Source: Tetramitus jugosus
Lineage: Eukaryota; Protista; Heterolobosea
NCBI GenBank assembly: GCA_937625935.1
Contig: OW569351.1
Coordinates: 248,001 to 312,000 of the forward strand
Direction: 5' to 3'
DNA: 64,000 nt
Below are positions 20,124 through 31,139 of the stretch, piece by piece. The position numbers and the translations under genes are program-made. Under the pieces are notes generated by a model. That model searched no databases and had not been told where the DNA came from. It saw only the letters and a program-made list of their open reading frames with translations. Numbering within the stretch: position 1 is the first letter of the stretch; each line of letters begins with the position of its first letter.

Positions 20124-20752
20124 TTATAAGCTCATGGAGTAATGATCACATTCTGCATCATCCATCGATGACTCACTACCATAGGCTTCTTGTGAATTTA
20201 CACGTGTAAACTTTCTTAGTGTCGTACTCCATTCAAATGAAAAGCTATTGTTATCGACAACGTGAATCTTTCCTGGCACATATCGAGGTGATGTATACTG
20301 TCTGTGCGCAATTTGAATAAAACCATCAACAGAGCGTCTCTTCATAGTCAACTGCGAGGCATCAGGAAGATAAAAGCTAACTAAGGAGAAAAGAGAAAGA
20401 AGTCAGACATTAGAAAAAGAAATCATCACACCACATGCTAAGAATTAAATAAATAATAGGAACTTACTCTTTCCACAGGGGATGCTTTCATCACCAGTTC
20501 TATTGCGCTCAACAGTTCAACAGGTTAGCTTTTCATGCATAGTAATAACAGAAAAACGAATATTCCATGATAAACTTACACCTTGTATCCTACGAAATGA
20601 TTATTGACATAGTGAACTTCAACAATTTCAATTCCATTGCGACCATAGTCTCCCAGCCACATTCCACTGAGATCTATCATTTCATCATTTCCAGTGACGC
20701 ACACTCCAACATTGTTCACGGGAGCAGTCTCTGTTTGTGTTGTTGATTGCAT
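20124..20752 (-). CDS. Stand-alone DUF3506 / FBXO31 C-terminal (cyclin D1-binding) domain protein, 153 aa (exons 20752-20580, 20499-20468, 20380-20124)
   Basis: Manual splicing of two GTAAGT...AG introns gives LSGMWLGDYGRNGIEIVEV..GYKVTGDESIPCGKISF..GFIQIAHRQYTSPRYVPG..FSFEW..KFTRV. This follows the G-W-G-YG-G-E / KxTGDxxVPxG / G-IA-xxP / F-W-F-R pattern of the family. Confidence 0.75.
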
Positions 20753-21107
20753 TTTGATCTGGATCCAGATTCTTGTTCATCAAACTGATTTTTTTTTATG
20801 TGGGGAACAAGCGGTTCCTGATGCGAACCAAAAAAGAATGAATGTCTCGCTCTCAGTCGAGGGTGTTGTGTTGTTTTCAATGACTCCTCTTTTTTGTATT
20901 ACGAAAGGATGCTGGCCCACCCAGACATCCCAACGTTCCATTTCTCCAGAATGGGAGGTCAGTATTAAATCTTCAGCTTGATCTCTTTCCGTCCTGAGCA
21001 TGGGGTGATATTCATAATGTGGATTTACCCAACGATCTTGAATGAAACCAAGATTGTCATATTCCTTCGTGTAGAACTGGATTAAAAAGTTTATACTTAA
21101 CTCTGAT

Positions 21108-22790
21108 TTATTCTTTGTCTTTTTGAAGGGAAGCAGCTTTTGGGTTTTCAATGTCCTTAGCCAGAATGAAAGAGATTGCGAACGATAAAACCGTGAAGAC
21201 ACAGAAAAAGGCGAATGGAATATTCACATTCACAGCAGGTATCTTTGATCCAAGATTAATCGAAGAAGCAAGAAGAGGACCAGCCACCAATGGGGCAACT
21301 GTTCTTGCAATAGATCCGAGACTGTTGGATATACCCTGAACTCGACCCGATGCTTTCTCTTCTGCGGAGTTGCTGATCAATATGAGAGAGGCAGTAAACG
21401 TTAGTGTGCCTGTGAAAGCTCTAATTAGTGAATAAACCACGAAACCTGTCCACAACCATGGTTTCGACGGCAATAGAGCTAACTGAGGTGTGAAAACTAA
21501 GACTACAATCCCTATAAAACCAACCCGAAGGCATACAAGATGTCCAAACCATTTCGATAATGTGGGATAAATAACAGGAATCACTAAGTAGAGTCCACCA
21601 AAGATGGATTGTACGATACCAATCTGGTTGGTCGTGAAGGACAAACCACCCTCGGACCGCTCAATCATGGACCAGAGAGGCAGTAATTCATCCTGAAATA
21701 TTTCAATCATGATACAAAAGAAACCCAATGCAAGACTCGTTACTATTTCCTTGCTCCATAAAATCGATACTGTTTCTGATAATTCTCGACGAACTACATT
21801 ACCAAGCTTTGAAACCAGAGGTGCCTTGACGGAGATCTCTATTTCATCTCCAACCTCTTCTTCATGTTGTTGTTGTTCCTCTTGAGCATTCTCCTCTACA
21901 GCGTTATTCATCTCAATGTCTGTTTCTTCTTCCAGTACTTCTGTGGAAAGTGGAGCACGCTTTACGTCCTTCATGAATACGAGAACAATTACAAAGTCAA
22001 TGATCATCACAACCGCAGCAATCAAGCATGGCAATAAATATGGAAATGTCTTAAAGAGAGTAATATGACCGAACACTGACGGATATTTTGTTGCAGGTGA
22101 TGACAAGAATCCACCAATGGCAGGTCCTGCAATAGCTCCCAATCCCCATCCTATAGTGATAAGACTAAACGCCATGGCTTGATTCGATGCATCCGTAATT
22201 TCAGTAATGTGTGCCCTCGTTGTCACAATGGATCCACTTAGAGCACCATTCAATGCCCGCACAAACAAAGCGCTCACATATCTCCTGCAAAAGCCAAATC
22301 CAATAACCGTCAGTCCGCATCCTAATGTACTCGCCAGGATGACTCGTTTCTTCGATACTTTGTCTGCTAATGGACCATAAACAAATCCAGCAAAAAATTC
22401 TGCAATGGCAAACGCACCAGTCAATACACCGGCATAGTACCCTGCGTCCTTTGCATCCTTGACCAATCCAAAATCCAATATCATGTAGCCCATGAACGGA
22501 AAGATGAATGAATAGACAAAGCCTTCAACCATGAATATCGTTACAATGGCAAATATACTTCCCATTGGCAATGGAGTCATGGATGTTGCCTTGTCATTGT
22601 TGTCACTGTTGCCACTCTGTTTGTTATTGACAGAATCTGTATCCTTCTTGTTTTGAATTGACTCAACTTGTTCTTCTTCTTGTTCATTATTGATAACAAT
22701 GGACTCGTCCGCTACGGCTGACTCTGCAGTAGGAGAGTCATTGGACACAACATAATGCTGTTCGAGTTCTCTCTGAGGTCCATTCATCAT
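21108..22790 (-). CDS. MFS transporter (ZIF-like/Tet-type drug:H+ antiporter)
   Basis: About 12 TM helices, GPLADKVSKK motif A, WGLGAIAGPAIGGFLS, FPYLLPC. First ATG at 22790. Confidence 0.9.
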   Translation of the reverse strand: MMNGPQRELEQHYVVSNDSPTAESAVADESIVINNEQEEEQVESIQNKKDTDSVNNKQSGNSDNNDKATSMTPLPMGSIFAIVTIFMVEGFVYSFIFPFMGYMILDFGLVKDAKDAGYYAGVLTGAFAIAEFFAGFVYGPLADKVSKKRVILASTLGCGLTVIGFGFCRRYVSALFVRALNGALSGSIVTTRAHITEITDASNQAMAFSLITIGWGLGAIAGPAIGGFLSSPATKYPSVFGHITLFKTFPYLLPCLIAAVVMIIDFVIVLVFMKDVKRAPLSTEVLEEETDIEMNNAVEENAQEEQQQHEEEVGDEIEISVKAPLVSKLGNVVRRELSETVSILWSKEIVTSLALGFFCIMIEIFQDELLPLWSMIERSEGGLSFTTNQIGIVQSIFGGLYLVIPVIYPTLSKWFGHLVCLRVGFIGIVVLVFTPQLALLPSKPWLWTGFVVYSLIRAFTGTLTFTASLILISNSAEEKASGRVQGISNSLGSIARTVAPLVAGPLLASSINLGSKIPAVNVNIPFAFFCVFTVLSFAISFILAKDIENPKAASLQKDKE

Positions 22791-23011
22791 TGAGGTACCG
22801 GCCGGTGGTGTTAGTTGAATCTGTTTTTGTTGCTGCCCCACCACCAGAACCAATAATCCTCCTCACACAAACATTCATGCAAGCCCTTGAATGTAAGGAG
22901 TTTTTCTGTTGTTGTTCCGCATATCTCCGAGCGACCTAATTCCATGATTCGCTGGAACCGCCCGATCAAAATCTTCAACAAAGGGATCAAAAAAGCCTGT
23001 TTGTGGAAATC

Positions 23012-23713
23012 ATGATGAAATCATCATCAATACATCTCCTGCTTCTGCTCCTGTCGTTGGCTGCAATTAGTCTATGCCACTTATCCGTGTGTATTCAACC
23101 TGGTGATGTCATACCCATCTCCCATCGTGTCCAATTCAACGAACAACGAACCAAGTGGTCAACCATGGAATTGTCGTTGAATCCACGCTTTGCCATGACG
23201 AAGCAAACAGAGATTAACGGGATCGTTCCCCTGTTGAGAGCTTTTTTCAGGCAAGAAGACGAAACACAGAGACAATTGGACAATGTGAATCTGAATCAAT
23301 TGTTGGGCAGTTTTGGTATGAGCGACAGCGAAAGTGTCAAGATTGCGTTTGCCATCGAAAAGTATGATTTTTTAACACCGTGGTTGACTGTGATGAGATC
23401 GACAATCGAAGAAGAGGACAAGAAGAAGCAGGGCAAGACGAGTGAAACTGCAACTGTGGCTCACTTCTTGTCTCGTGTCGATTTTGAGTTCAAGTACACT
23501 GGTGATCGCATATTAAAGGTGAAGCACAAGGTTCATTACACGAGTGTGAATTCGAATGAACCTGGTGCTGCCATTCCAGAAACGATTCAACTGAGCTATC
23601 ACTGGGAAGAAGTACCAGCTAAGGATGCCACTGCAGGTCTAACTCTATTGTACTTTTCGTCATTTGTTGGTGGTCTCGCTGTTCTCGTGATTATTATGCG
23701 TGACTTTTTGTAA
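23012..23713 (+). CDS. Type I membrane protein resembling plant NPU (No Primexine and plasma membrane Undulation)
   Basis: Signal peptide, then PGDVIPISHRVQFNEQRTKW, FLTPWL, FKYTGD and YHWEEVPAKDATAGL before a C-terminal TM. These parallel the recalled plant family pattern PGDIVPM..GQ..RT.W / Y.W.E...D...G. Confidence 0.55.
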   Translation: MMKSSSIHLLLLLLSLAAISLCHLSVCIQPGDVIPISHRVQFNEQRTKWSTMELSLNPRFAMTKQTEINGIVPLLRAFFRQEDETQRQLDNVNLNQLLGSFGMSDSESVKIAFAIEKYDFLTPWLTVMRSTIEEEDKKKQGKTSETATVAHFLSRVDFEFKYTGDRILKVKHKVHYTSVNSNEPGAAIPETIQLSYHWEEVPAKDATAGLTLLYFSSFVGGLAVLVIIMRDFL

Positions 23714-23778
23714 AGAAATAAATGAAACTAGTAGCTCGTGCGTACACTTTGAAATCACTCACTTTATTACTCATGTGC

Positions 23779-25109
23779 TCAGAAGAACAAGTGCTCATGA
23801 ACATCGTCAATATTGAAGTAGACTCCACGTACATGACGAGCTCCCTTGAATGGAGTTCTCGCATGGAAGCATTTCCAATTATCATACAACACAGCATCTC
23901 CTGAATTCAATAAAAACCTGTATTGGTTCTTTTTATCTCGAACTAATTCGGCAAAGGTGTTGTAGCTATCAATTAGGGCTGAATGTTAGTACGAAGAATA
24001 ACTAATATTTCACATATTCAGGTAATACTTACGCTCTATAATATGGCTCCATCAAATCAAAATTAATCAAGTGGGGCGCATAGGTAAAGTAAGAGTATCT
24101 GAGTTGAACGATTTCTCCAGCTTTGTTCAATTCTATAATTGGTCGATTTTGAATGCTCTCGAATTTGGCCTGTTTTCTGTGGAATGAGACCGGAATAGTG
24201 GACAAGAGTTGGAATGCATAAGGATCTGTCTTCCTCAAGCACAGTGCTGCCCTCTGAGAATCTACAATGTAGTTCTCTCCACCTTCATCGGCAGGAGTAA
24301 TGCTCCTAAAATTTCAATGAACATGTTAGATGTGATGAACATAACAAATTGTTTTTGGGTTTGAGTTTGCTGTACTCTACTTACTGGAGAAGTTGCATTC
24401 CAGGAGGAAATTCGATAAAAGGCTGGTCTGTGTGAAGATCGACACCAGCGTTCGTATAACCCAACTGGTCAGTATTTACATTCGTTGTATTGTCTGTTCT
24501 CAAGTCTTCGATTCTTCCAAAATGCGTTGAAACAACTTCTTTTCCCTCAGGCAACAAATCACCAATGATTGACTCGGTGTCCAATCCTCTGTTCTTCATT
24601 ACTACCAAACCGTGTTGCTTCAGTACCTGTCCCAACTTTCTTCGATACTCTATTTGTCCTTGGTCTGTCAACTTGGATGGCTGTTGTGGATCAGCGTACT
24701 GCTTCAACCATTGGCTATAGTCCACAATGACACTAGCTACGTCTGAAGGGATATGATCCATCTCTTGTCTGTTCACAGCGTATGCATGCTTCTCCAACCA
24801 TCTCCATTCATACACACTGGAGTGCACAGTGTCTGTATCTTCTAACTGGGCAATGGCTGGCCATTGAATCTTCAGCACTCTCTCATTGTTGATGATTGCA
24901 GTTTCAACAGCCAATGGAGTAATGTTCAATGGTACCTCAGAAGAGTCAATAATTCTCTCATAGGTTGCTTCATGACGGCAAGCAGGCTGACAATCACAAT
25001 TGTGTCTCAACCAGAAGTAGTGGTAGTCAGAATACTTGACTTGCTTCTCATCGCTCTGGTTAGAAGGGAAGTAGATGCGGATATACTTGTCAAAAGAAGA
25101 GAATAGCAT
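23779..25109 (-). CDS. Gamma-butyrobetaine/trimethyllysine dioxygenase-like 2OG-Fe(II) enzyme (exons 25109-24385, 24305-24033, 23965-23779)
   Basis: N-terminal Zn motif WLRHNCDCQPAC and HSSVYEWRWL. Fe ligands LHTD and FHAR, plus EGGENYIVD and RHVRGVY. Introns join in frame. Confidence 0.85.
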
Positions 25110-25216
25110 GCTGTTATCTGGTGTGATCGTATTATTCTAGATGTGTGAAGAGATGGAACTCGACACTCTTATCCTAAGCCACACATAATCAAAGAGCGAA
25201 CCCTTGTTCATGAAAA

Positions 25217-25310
25217 TTCCCGCCCAGGTTCCCCTTCGCTTGTCATCTGTTCGGAAGCTTTTTTGTTTGCCGCCAAAAATTTCAAAAATTTTATCGTTGG
25301 ATTTCAAAAA
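25217..25310. promoter_or_regulatory. E2F-like plus CHR-like (TTYRAA) motifs upstream of NDC80
   Basis: TTCCCGCC at 25217-24, CCGCCAAAAATTTCAAA at 25270-86, and another TTTCAAA near 25302. Confidence 0.4.
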
Positions 25311-25420
25311 AAATCGGCCTGTCGTTTGTTTCGCCAAACTTCTGTAATCTCCAAGGAAAGCAAACAAAACACAAATCCTATTTATTGACCTAAGTTGAAA
25401 TCACACAGCTACACACAAAC

Positions 25421-27547
25421 ATGTCTCAGACAGATAAGCGGTCTTTTGGAATGCCTCTATCTGAGAGTCAACTCAACTCCAGATCCACACTTAACAACAA
25501 TCGATTGTCCCTGTACTCTAATCCAAAGACTCCAAAATCAATCCTTAAACAACCAGCAACCTCTCAAAACAACAACAGTAGATTGACATTAGGAGCCAAT
25601 CAACAAGCACTGAACACTTCATTAAACAGTAGCAGAATGAGCAACGCACACAACATGAGTCTGAACAAGTCGTTTGACAAGATGAATACATCCAAAACTT
25701 CCAGTGCTCGTTCCAACAACTCTGAACAAACATTTGATGTCAACAAATTGAGCAAATTTATGCTATCGTATCTGTCTCAAAAGGGCTATCCTCATGATAT
25801 TAACATTCAAAAACTTAAATTGCCAACAGCAACAGAATTTTCCATGATTTTGGAATTTTTGGTTTCACAGTTGGACTCTGGACTGCGTATGAAACTTCCC
25901 ACACCTTCTCAGCTGAAAAAGGAAACTGAAAAGATGGAGAAGGAAATGGCAAGCAGAAGGAGAACAACATCATTCAAGTCAAACACCTCACTATTAAATT
26001 CAGTGAAGGATCAAAAGACCTCTGTGAATGGATTCGATGAACAACTCTTTTTGGATTTAATTAACTACTTTAAGCATCCATCTCCACCCAATAACAAGTT
26101 TGTTGAAAAGTCAGCCTTTACTCCTCGAGGTTGGCCAAAGTTACTTTCTGTGATTACATGGCTCGTCGACTTGTTGCGCTACTATGAGTTCAAGAGTGAG
26201 AAGTTAAGAGTTGAACTTCAAGAGGGTCATGAAGGTGTATTCTTTATGTACTTGCATCAAACATATGGTCTCTGGCTGAATGAAGATGAAGAAGGCATGC
26301 AGAGAGTAGTAAATGAGTGGCAAAAGAACTTTTTCCTCAAGGCACAATCTATCCAAGTTCAAACAGAAGAATTGAATGGAAAGAACCAAGAGGCTCTAGC
26401 AAGAATTAATTCTATTATTCCTCGCTTGCAACAGCGTAAGATTTTCGAGAGTCAAAAGCAGGACTTTATTGCTGACTTGTCCAAGTTTGAGGCAGTAATC
26501 CGGGAGCTGCACAACAGCAAGAGAGAACTTGAGGATGCAGTTGCCGTTGATGAGCTAGAGTTATCTAGTCTTCAAAGTGAACTTGTTAAAATTTCTAGAG
26601 AAAGAGAATCGTTAAGAATACAAATCGAACATCAAGAACTGAGGCCACAAGATGTGTTAAGAATGAACAAGAACCGTGCTGCTTTGGAGGATGAAATCAG
26701 AAAGGTTGCTGAAGAGAGAGATGCCAAGAACAATCAGTTGTTTAGTCTCGAGAATGAATGTCGGGTTGAAATTGATAAGATGATGAAGAATGTGCAACAA
26801 TACAATCAACTAGCTATGCTATTGCCTGTTGATACAGAGGATGAGATGGACGAGGATGCAAATTCTCTGAGCAGCTTTGATCTGATTGTGACACAAGAAC
26901 AAATGAAGGATTTAATACCTGCTGTTGATCATATTGACTGCTCTCAACCAGAAACTAACTCGATGGATGATACCCAAACTCTATCATTCGCTGTTTCCAA
27001 TTTCCCATCGAATCCAATTGTCTATCAGCCAAATATTGATTTGTTTGAGGTAGACTCGAAGATCAAGCGCTTAAAGGACGAAATGGTATCATCGACCAGG
27101 TCCATGCAAGATCATGTTTACGAGTTGAACGAAAAGTATGATTCCGTTGATGACATGTGCCAAAGACAGGAAGAGAAGATCAAGGAGTTGGAGAGAAAGC
27201 TCGACAAGGAAAGAGTGTCTCTTGCAAGCAGTAAGCAGGACTGGGATAGTGAAATACAAAGAATACACTTGGAGATTGAAGAAGTAGAGCAAGAGACCAA
27301 AACAGCAAGAAACAACAATCACAATCTCTACTCACAACTCGCTGAGTCAGAACGGAGGATACAACAACTGTACAAGGAACAACAGCTGATGGAGACACAA
27401 TTTGAAGCAGAATTAATTGAGATGAATAAGCTTCTTCTCAAATCGGCTACCTCTGTCTACCAGCACAAGGAATTCATCCAAAAGAGCCTGACTAAGGTTC
27501 AAGATGACAGAGCAAAAGTCATCGAGAGGACGTCGTTTGACCAATAA
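25421..27547 (+). CDS. NDC80: Kinetochore protein NDC80/HEC1
   Basis: Basic Ser-rich tail, CH-domain motifs LKLPTATEFSMILEFLVSQLD and WPKLLSVITWLVDL, FFMYLHQTYGLWL, long coiled coil with QELRPQDVLRMN. Confidence 0.9.
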   Translation: MSQTDKRSFGMPLSESQLNSRSTLNNNRLSLYSNPKTPKSILKQPATSQNNNSRLTLGANQQALNTSLNSSRMSNAHNMSLNKSFDKMNTSKTSSARSNNSEQTFDVNKLSKFMLSYLSQKGYPHDINIQKLKLPTATEFSMILEFLVSQLDSGLRMKLPTPSQLKKETEKMEKEMASRRRTTSFKSNTSLLNSVKDQKTSVNGFDEQLFLDLINYFKHPSPPNNKFVEKSAFTPRGWPKLLSVITWLVDLLRYYEFKSEKLRVELQEGHEGVFFMYLHQTYGLWLNEDEEGMQRVVNEWQKNFFLKAQSIQVQTEELNGKNQEALARINSIIPRLQQRKIFESQKQDFIADLSKFEAVIRELHNSKRELEDAVAVDELELSSLQSELVKISRERESLRIQIEHQELRPQDVLRMNKNRAALEDEIRKVAEERDAKNNQLFSLENECRVEIDKMMKNVQQYNQLAMLLPVDTEDEMDEDANSLSSFDLIVTQEQMKDLIPAVDHIDCSQPETNSMDDTQTLSFAVSNFPSNPIVYQPNIDLFEVDSKIKRLKDEMVSSTRSMQDHVYELNEKYDSVDDMCQRQEEKIKELERKLDKERVSLASSKQDWDSEIQRIHLEIEEVEQETKTARNNNHNLYSQLAESERRIQQLYKEQQLMETQFEAELIEMNKLLLKSATSVYQHKEFIQKSLTKVQDDRAKVIERTSFDQ

Positions 27548-27611
27548 AACATTATTTTCGCAATACAACCGCCAAATTTCAAACAAGAAAAAAAAACCGC
27601 GAACAAAAAAC

Positions 27612-30600
27612 ATGCCAGCAACACCAACGAGCAATCAAATGACAACCAACAAGAATCATGACAATAATCGAGAGGATGAACCAATGATAGCCTCTGATTT
27701 ACTAGATAGTGAAATTAAGCAATTTTTAGAGCAACCAGATCATCCATCACCACATCATCAACAACCACAACCATCATCAACAACTATACTATCGAACAAT
27801 ACAAGTGCAACGACTGCTACGACGAGTCCAACCAATGAATTCTTGTCATTGTTGAGTGGTGCCACAATCACATCATCAGCATCAGCATCCTCTTCTTCTT
27901 CTTCATCATCATCATCACCAGGACAAGAATCATCATCATCATCATCATCATATAATCCATTGCCTCATTCACCATCGATTCGATCCCTTGTACAAGGCGC
28001 AATTGGATCCAAAACGAACAGTATTGTTTCAGAGGCACTCAATACGATTGAAATGTTGAGAGATGATCCCAACACCATTCTAGAGGAGGACTATAATGAA
28101 GATGCGAGACTGAGCGAACAAAAGAGACAAGATCTTGCAGCACCATCATCATCATTATCGTCATCCAACAACAACAATAACAAGAAATTACAACAACAAA
28201 AGGCAAAAACACCAGTGACAAGAGTGGGTAAAATGTCATCGCATTCCAGTGCACTCACAGCAACAACTGCATTTGGCAAGTACGATGACAGTAGTGATGA
28301 TGATGACTCGAGTAGTGGATCAGACAGTGGTGAACCGTATACGGCTGATGAATTGAAGCAGATTTATGGGCCTGATGATGAGTTGAGTGATGAAGATGAC
28401 TTTTCTGAACTGTTTGGCTCGTTTGGTGCAGCCAAGAGAAAGCAGAGAAGACTCAAAGGAAAGAGTGTTCGTGGCTCTCGAAAAAAGATTCCGGACAATA
28501 TTGCCAAACTGATTGGACAAGCCAATATGAACTTTATTAACAAGGAATTTTCAAAGGCAGTGGAGCTATTGTGTGAAGCTGTTCGATTGAAGCCCAATTT
28601 ACCGGATCCATACCACACATTGGGCTTGGTGTACGAAGAACTGAAACAGCAAAAGAGGGCACTAGAGTTTTACATGATTGCGGCTATTTTGACACCAAAG
28701 GACGCAAATCTCTGGAAGAGAAATGTCCAATTGTCGATTGAAGCTGGCAATATTCAACAAGCCATTTACTGCCTCACACGAATCATTCGGTTACAACCGA
28801 ACAATCACAGTGCGATATTCGATCGTGCACTGTATCACATCAAACTCAATAATAAGAAGAAGGCAATCGAGGATTATAAATTGCTTCATGAAAAGTTGCC
28901 ATCGGATGGTGAAGTCGTCATTCAGTTGGCTACTCTTTACTATGAAACAGGTCAGCCTGAGAATTCAATAGAAGTACTCAAGCGATGCGTGGAGCAAAAT
29001 ATTGCACATGCCAATTTGACAATGGTGAACATGCTGTGTGAATTGTTTATGGGACAAGCACAGTATCAAAATTCAATCAAGATTATAGAGGACGTTGCTC
29101 AAGCCACTCATGTTCCTTTAGAGATTATGCCTATTGATATCAAGGTCAAATACGGAATATGCAAGTCCTACGAAGGGGAACTATTAACTACGGGTCAAAA
29201 GATTTTTCATGATATTATAGATAGTTATGAAGCCGATCAAATTCGAGATATCTTCTTGGAGATTGCAGAGACATATTTTGCTCTCGAGGAATATCAACAG
29301 GCCATTGCCATATATAAGCGAGCATTGACACCGACCTATCAGAAGGATGCTGTTGTTTGGGCAAAAATTGGAAAGTGTTACAAACTGTTTGGTGATTATT
29401 TGAGAGCAGCTGAGCATTATGGAGTTGCAGTTGCTTATGCTCCAGATGATATTCACTCAAAATTAACACTTAGTGACATTTACAAGGATTTAGGAGATCA
29501 TGACAAGGCTTTGCAGGTATTGGATATGTCTGTGACACCCGACGGAAATGATGCATCAACCATTTCTCTTGTTGTTAAGAGATTACTGGAAAGAGACGAC
29601 GCTGAATACCAAGAAAGTAAAATGGATGACGTCGAACCTTATTCAAGGGGTGAAAATGAAGATTCCTCTACTGACTCCTCTGATGACGAGAAGTTTGATG
29701 AAGCATCAGATGAAGAATATGACAGTGATAAAGATCCTGACTATAAGCCGAATGGAGATGAAATGGAGGATGTGGTCGACGCTTATGACGAAGAGCTGGA
29801 GCCTGAGCAAGAATGTCTAAATGATTCCCCCAGACCTCAACTTAGAAAGAAGCGTCAAAGGGAAAATAGGAAAGAGAATGTTGAAGATATTCGTGTTATC
29901 GCACGAAAGGGATGGATTTTGTTTTCAACCAAGCGATACGAAGAGTTCATCCGAATTTGCTTCCCGTTCATCAAAAGCATTTTGGATTTAGATTCAATGG
30001 TTTATGTTGTGAAACCCTCTTACAAGAGGAGACGTTTGCTGGATCTACAAGCACAATACAAGGTCCATATTAAGAAAACAAAAACTAGATGGGATGAAGT
30101 TGAGAAAAAGGTGAATAGAAGACGGGCGCCTAATGAACAATGGACATGGAATGAGGCTCTGTATGCCCTTGGAAGCCAAGAGCTGTTTTACTTTTTATTA
30201 ACTACATGCAAAGCATTTGCTTATACTGGTCGGTATGCTCAATTTGTTCAAATTATGGACACATTGCTCAAATCACAAAAGGATACGAGGCTCCTCTTTC
30301 ATTGGAACGAAGAAAAGTCTGAAAAAATTCATCAGTTGAGATACTTATATATTGGAATTGCATTTAATAACCAAGACTATGAGCGAGCATACAAGCATAT
30401 TACACATATTATCCGAGAGATTCCATATAATATATCACTATGGAATTTGTTCAATATGATTGTGAATAGAGCAAAGAATTTGACTCCGAGTGCCAAATTT
30501 GCGATCAGATTACTTGCAAAGTTTCCATCATCAGTACCTTTGATGGTGTTAGTTGGTCATAACTGTTCAATGAGTGGGAGCTATCGGTTGGCCTTAGGAG

Positions 30601-31139
30601 AATACTTCAAGGCTTATCGTACCATGCCCAACGAACCCATCATCTGCCTCTGTATTGGTATTAATTATTTGAATCTTGTGATGAATAGAAGAACTGCAAA
30701 TCGACATTTACTTGTGATGCAAGCATTCACATTCTTGTACAAGTACTATCAGCTGCGGAATGGAGATCAAGAAGCCAATTTTAACCTTGCGAGAGCGTAT
30801 CACCAAATTGGAGTTAACTATCTCGCAGTTATCTATTACAACCGAGTATTGGAACAGTGTACTGCAACTTCGAAGGAGCCCCTTTCGACAACATCTGGTC
30901 TCCAACAAGATATAGATTCTGCCCACTACATGACAAAGGAGAGATTGGAGGACGAAACGAATGACAAGGAGCATGATGTGCTCAGTGATGACGAAGACGA
31001 AGAAACTGAGACGCCTCAGCTAGATGATGAGTCGAATAATTTGTGTAGAGAAGCAGCCTACAACCTTTGTCTCATCTACAAAAAGAGTGGTAACTTGGCC
31101 ATGATCGATCAGCTCATGAAACAGTACTTGACCATCTAA
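27612..31139 (+). CDS. GTF3C3: TFIIIC TPR subunit (Tfc4/TFIIIC-102)
   Basis: TPR array (PDPYHTLGLVYEE, EFYMIAAILTPKDANLW). C-terminal EANFNLARAYHQIG and REAAYNLCLIYKKSGN...YLTI. Likely start at ATG 27612, since 27504 overlaps NDC80. Confidence 0.92.
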   Translation: MPATPTSNQMTTNKNHDNNREDEPMIASDLLDSEIKQFLEQPDHPSPHHQQPQPSSTTILSNNTSATTATTSPTNEFLSLLSGATITSSASASSSSSSSSSSPGQESSSSSSSYNPLPHSPSIRSLVQGAIGSKTNSIVSEALNTIEMLRDDPNTILEEDYNEDARLSEQKRQDLAAPSSSLSSSNNNNNKKLQQQKAKTPVTRVGKMSSHSSALTATTAFGKYDDSSDDDDSSSGSDSGEPYTADELKQIYGPDDELSDEDDFSELFGSFGAAKRKQRRLKGKSVRGSRKKIPDNIAKLIGQANMNFINKEFSKAVELLCEAVRLKPNLPDPYHTLGLVYEELKQQKRALEFYMIAAILTPKDANLWKRNVQLSIEAGNIQQAIYCLTRIIRLQPNNHSAIFDRALYHIKLNNKKKAIEDYKLLHEKLPSDGEVVIQLATLYYETGQPENSIEVLKRCVEQNIAHANLTMVNMLCELFMGQAQYQNSIKIIEDVAQATHVPLEIMPIDIKVKYGICKSYEGELLTTGQKIFHDIIDSYEADQIRDIFLEIAETYFALEEYQQAIAIYKRALTPTYQKDAVVWAKIGKCYKLFGDYLRAAEHYGVAVAYAPDDIHSKLTLSDIYKDLGDHDKALQVLDMSVTPDGNDASTISLVVKRLLERDDAEYQESKMDDVEPYSRGENEDSSTDSSDDEKFDEASDEEYDSDKDPDYKPNGDEMEDVVDAYDEELEPEQECLNDSPRPQLRKKRQRENRKENVEDIRVIARKGWILFSTKRYEEFIRICFPFIKSILDLDSMVYVVKPSYKRRRLLDLQAQYKVHIKKTKTRWDEVEKKVNRRRAPNEQWTWNEALYALGSQELFYFLLTTCKAFAYTGRYAQFVQIMDTLLKSQKDTRLLFHWNEEKSEKIHQLRYLYIGIAFNNQDYERAYKHITHIIREIPYNISLWNLFNMIVNRAKNLTPSAKFAIRLLAKFPSSVPLMVLVGHNCSMSGSYRLALGEYFKAYRTMPNEPIICLCIGINYLNLVMNRRTANRHLLVMQAFTFLYKYYQLRNGDQEANFNLARAYHQIGVNYLAVIYYNRVLEQCTATSKEPLSTTSGLQQDIDSAHYMTKERLEDETNDKEHDVLSDDEDEETETPQLDDESNNLCREAAYNLCLIYKKSGNLAMIDQLMKQYLTI

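Noticed and set aside
20780-21202. 140-aa - strand ORF and hairpins (e.g. 20907-30) in the MFS-DUF3506 spacer
   Set aside because: The ORF overlaps the MFS end in another frame and has no motifs. The hairpins are short and not clearly nested into a larger fold.
27504-27611. N-terminal extension of GTF3C3 overlapping NDC80
   Set aside because: More likely open by chance. The segment is A/C-rich like other 5' leaders and contains promoter-like motifs, so ATG 27612 is preferred.
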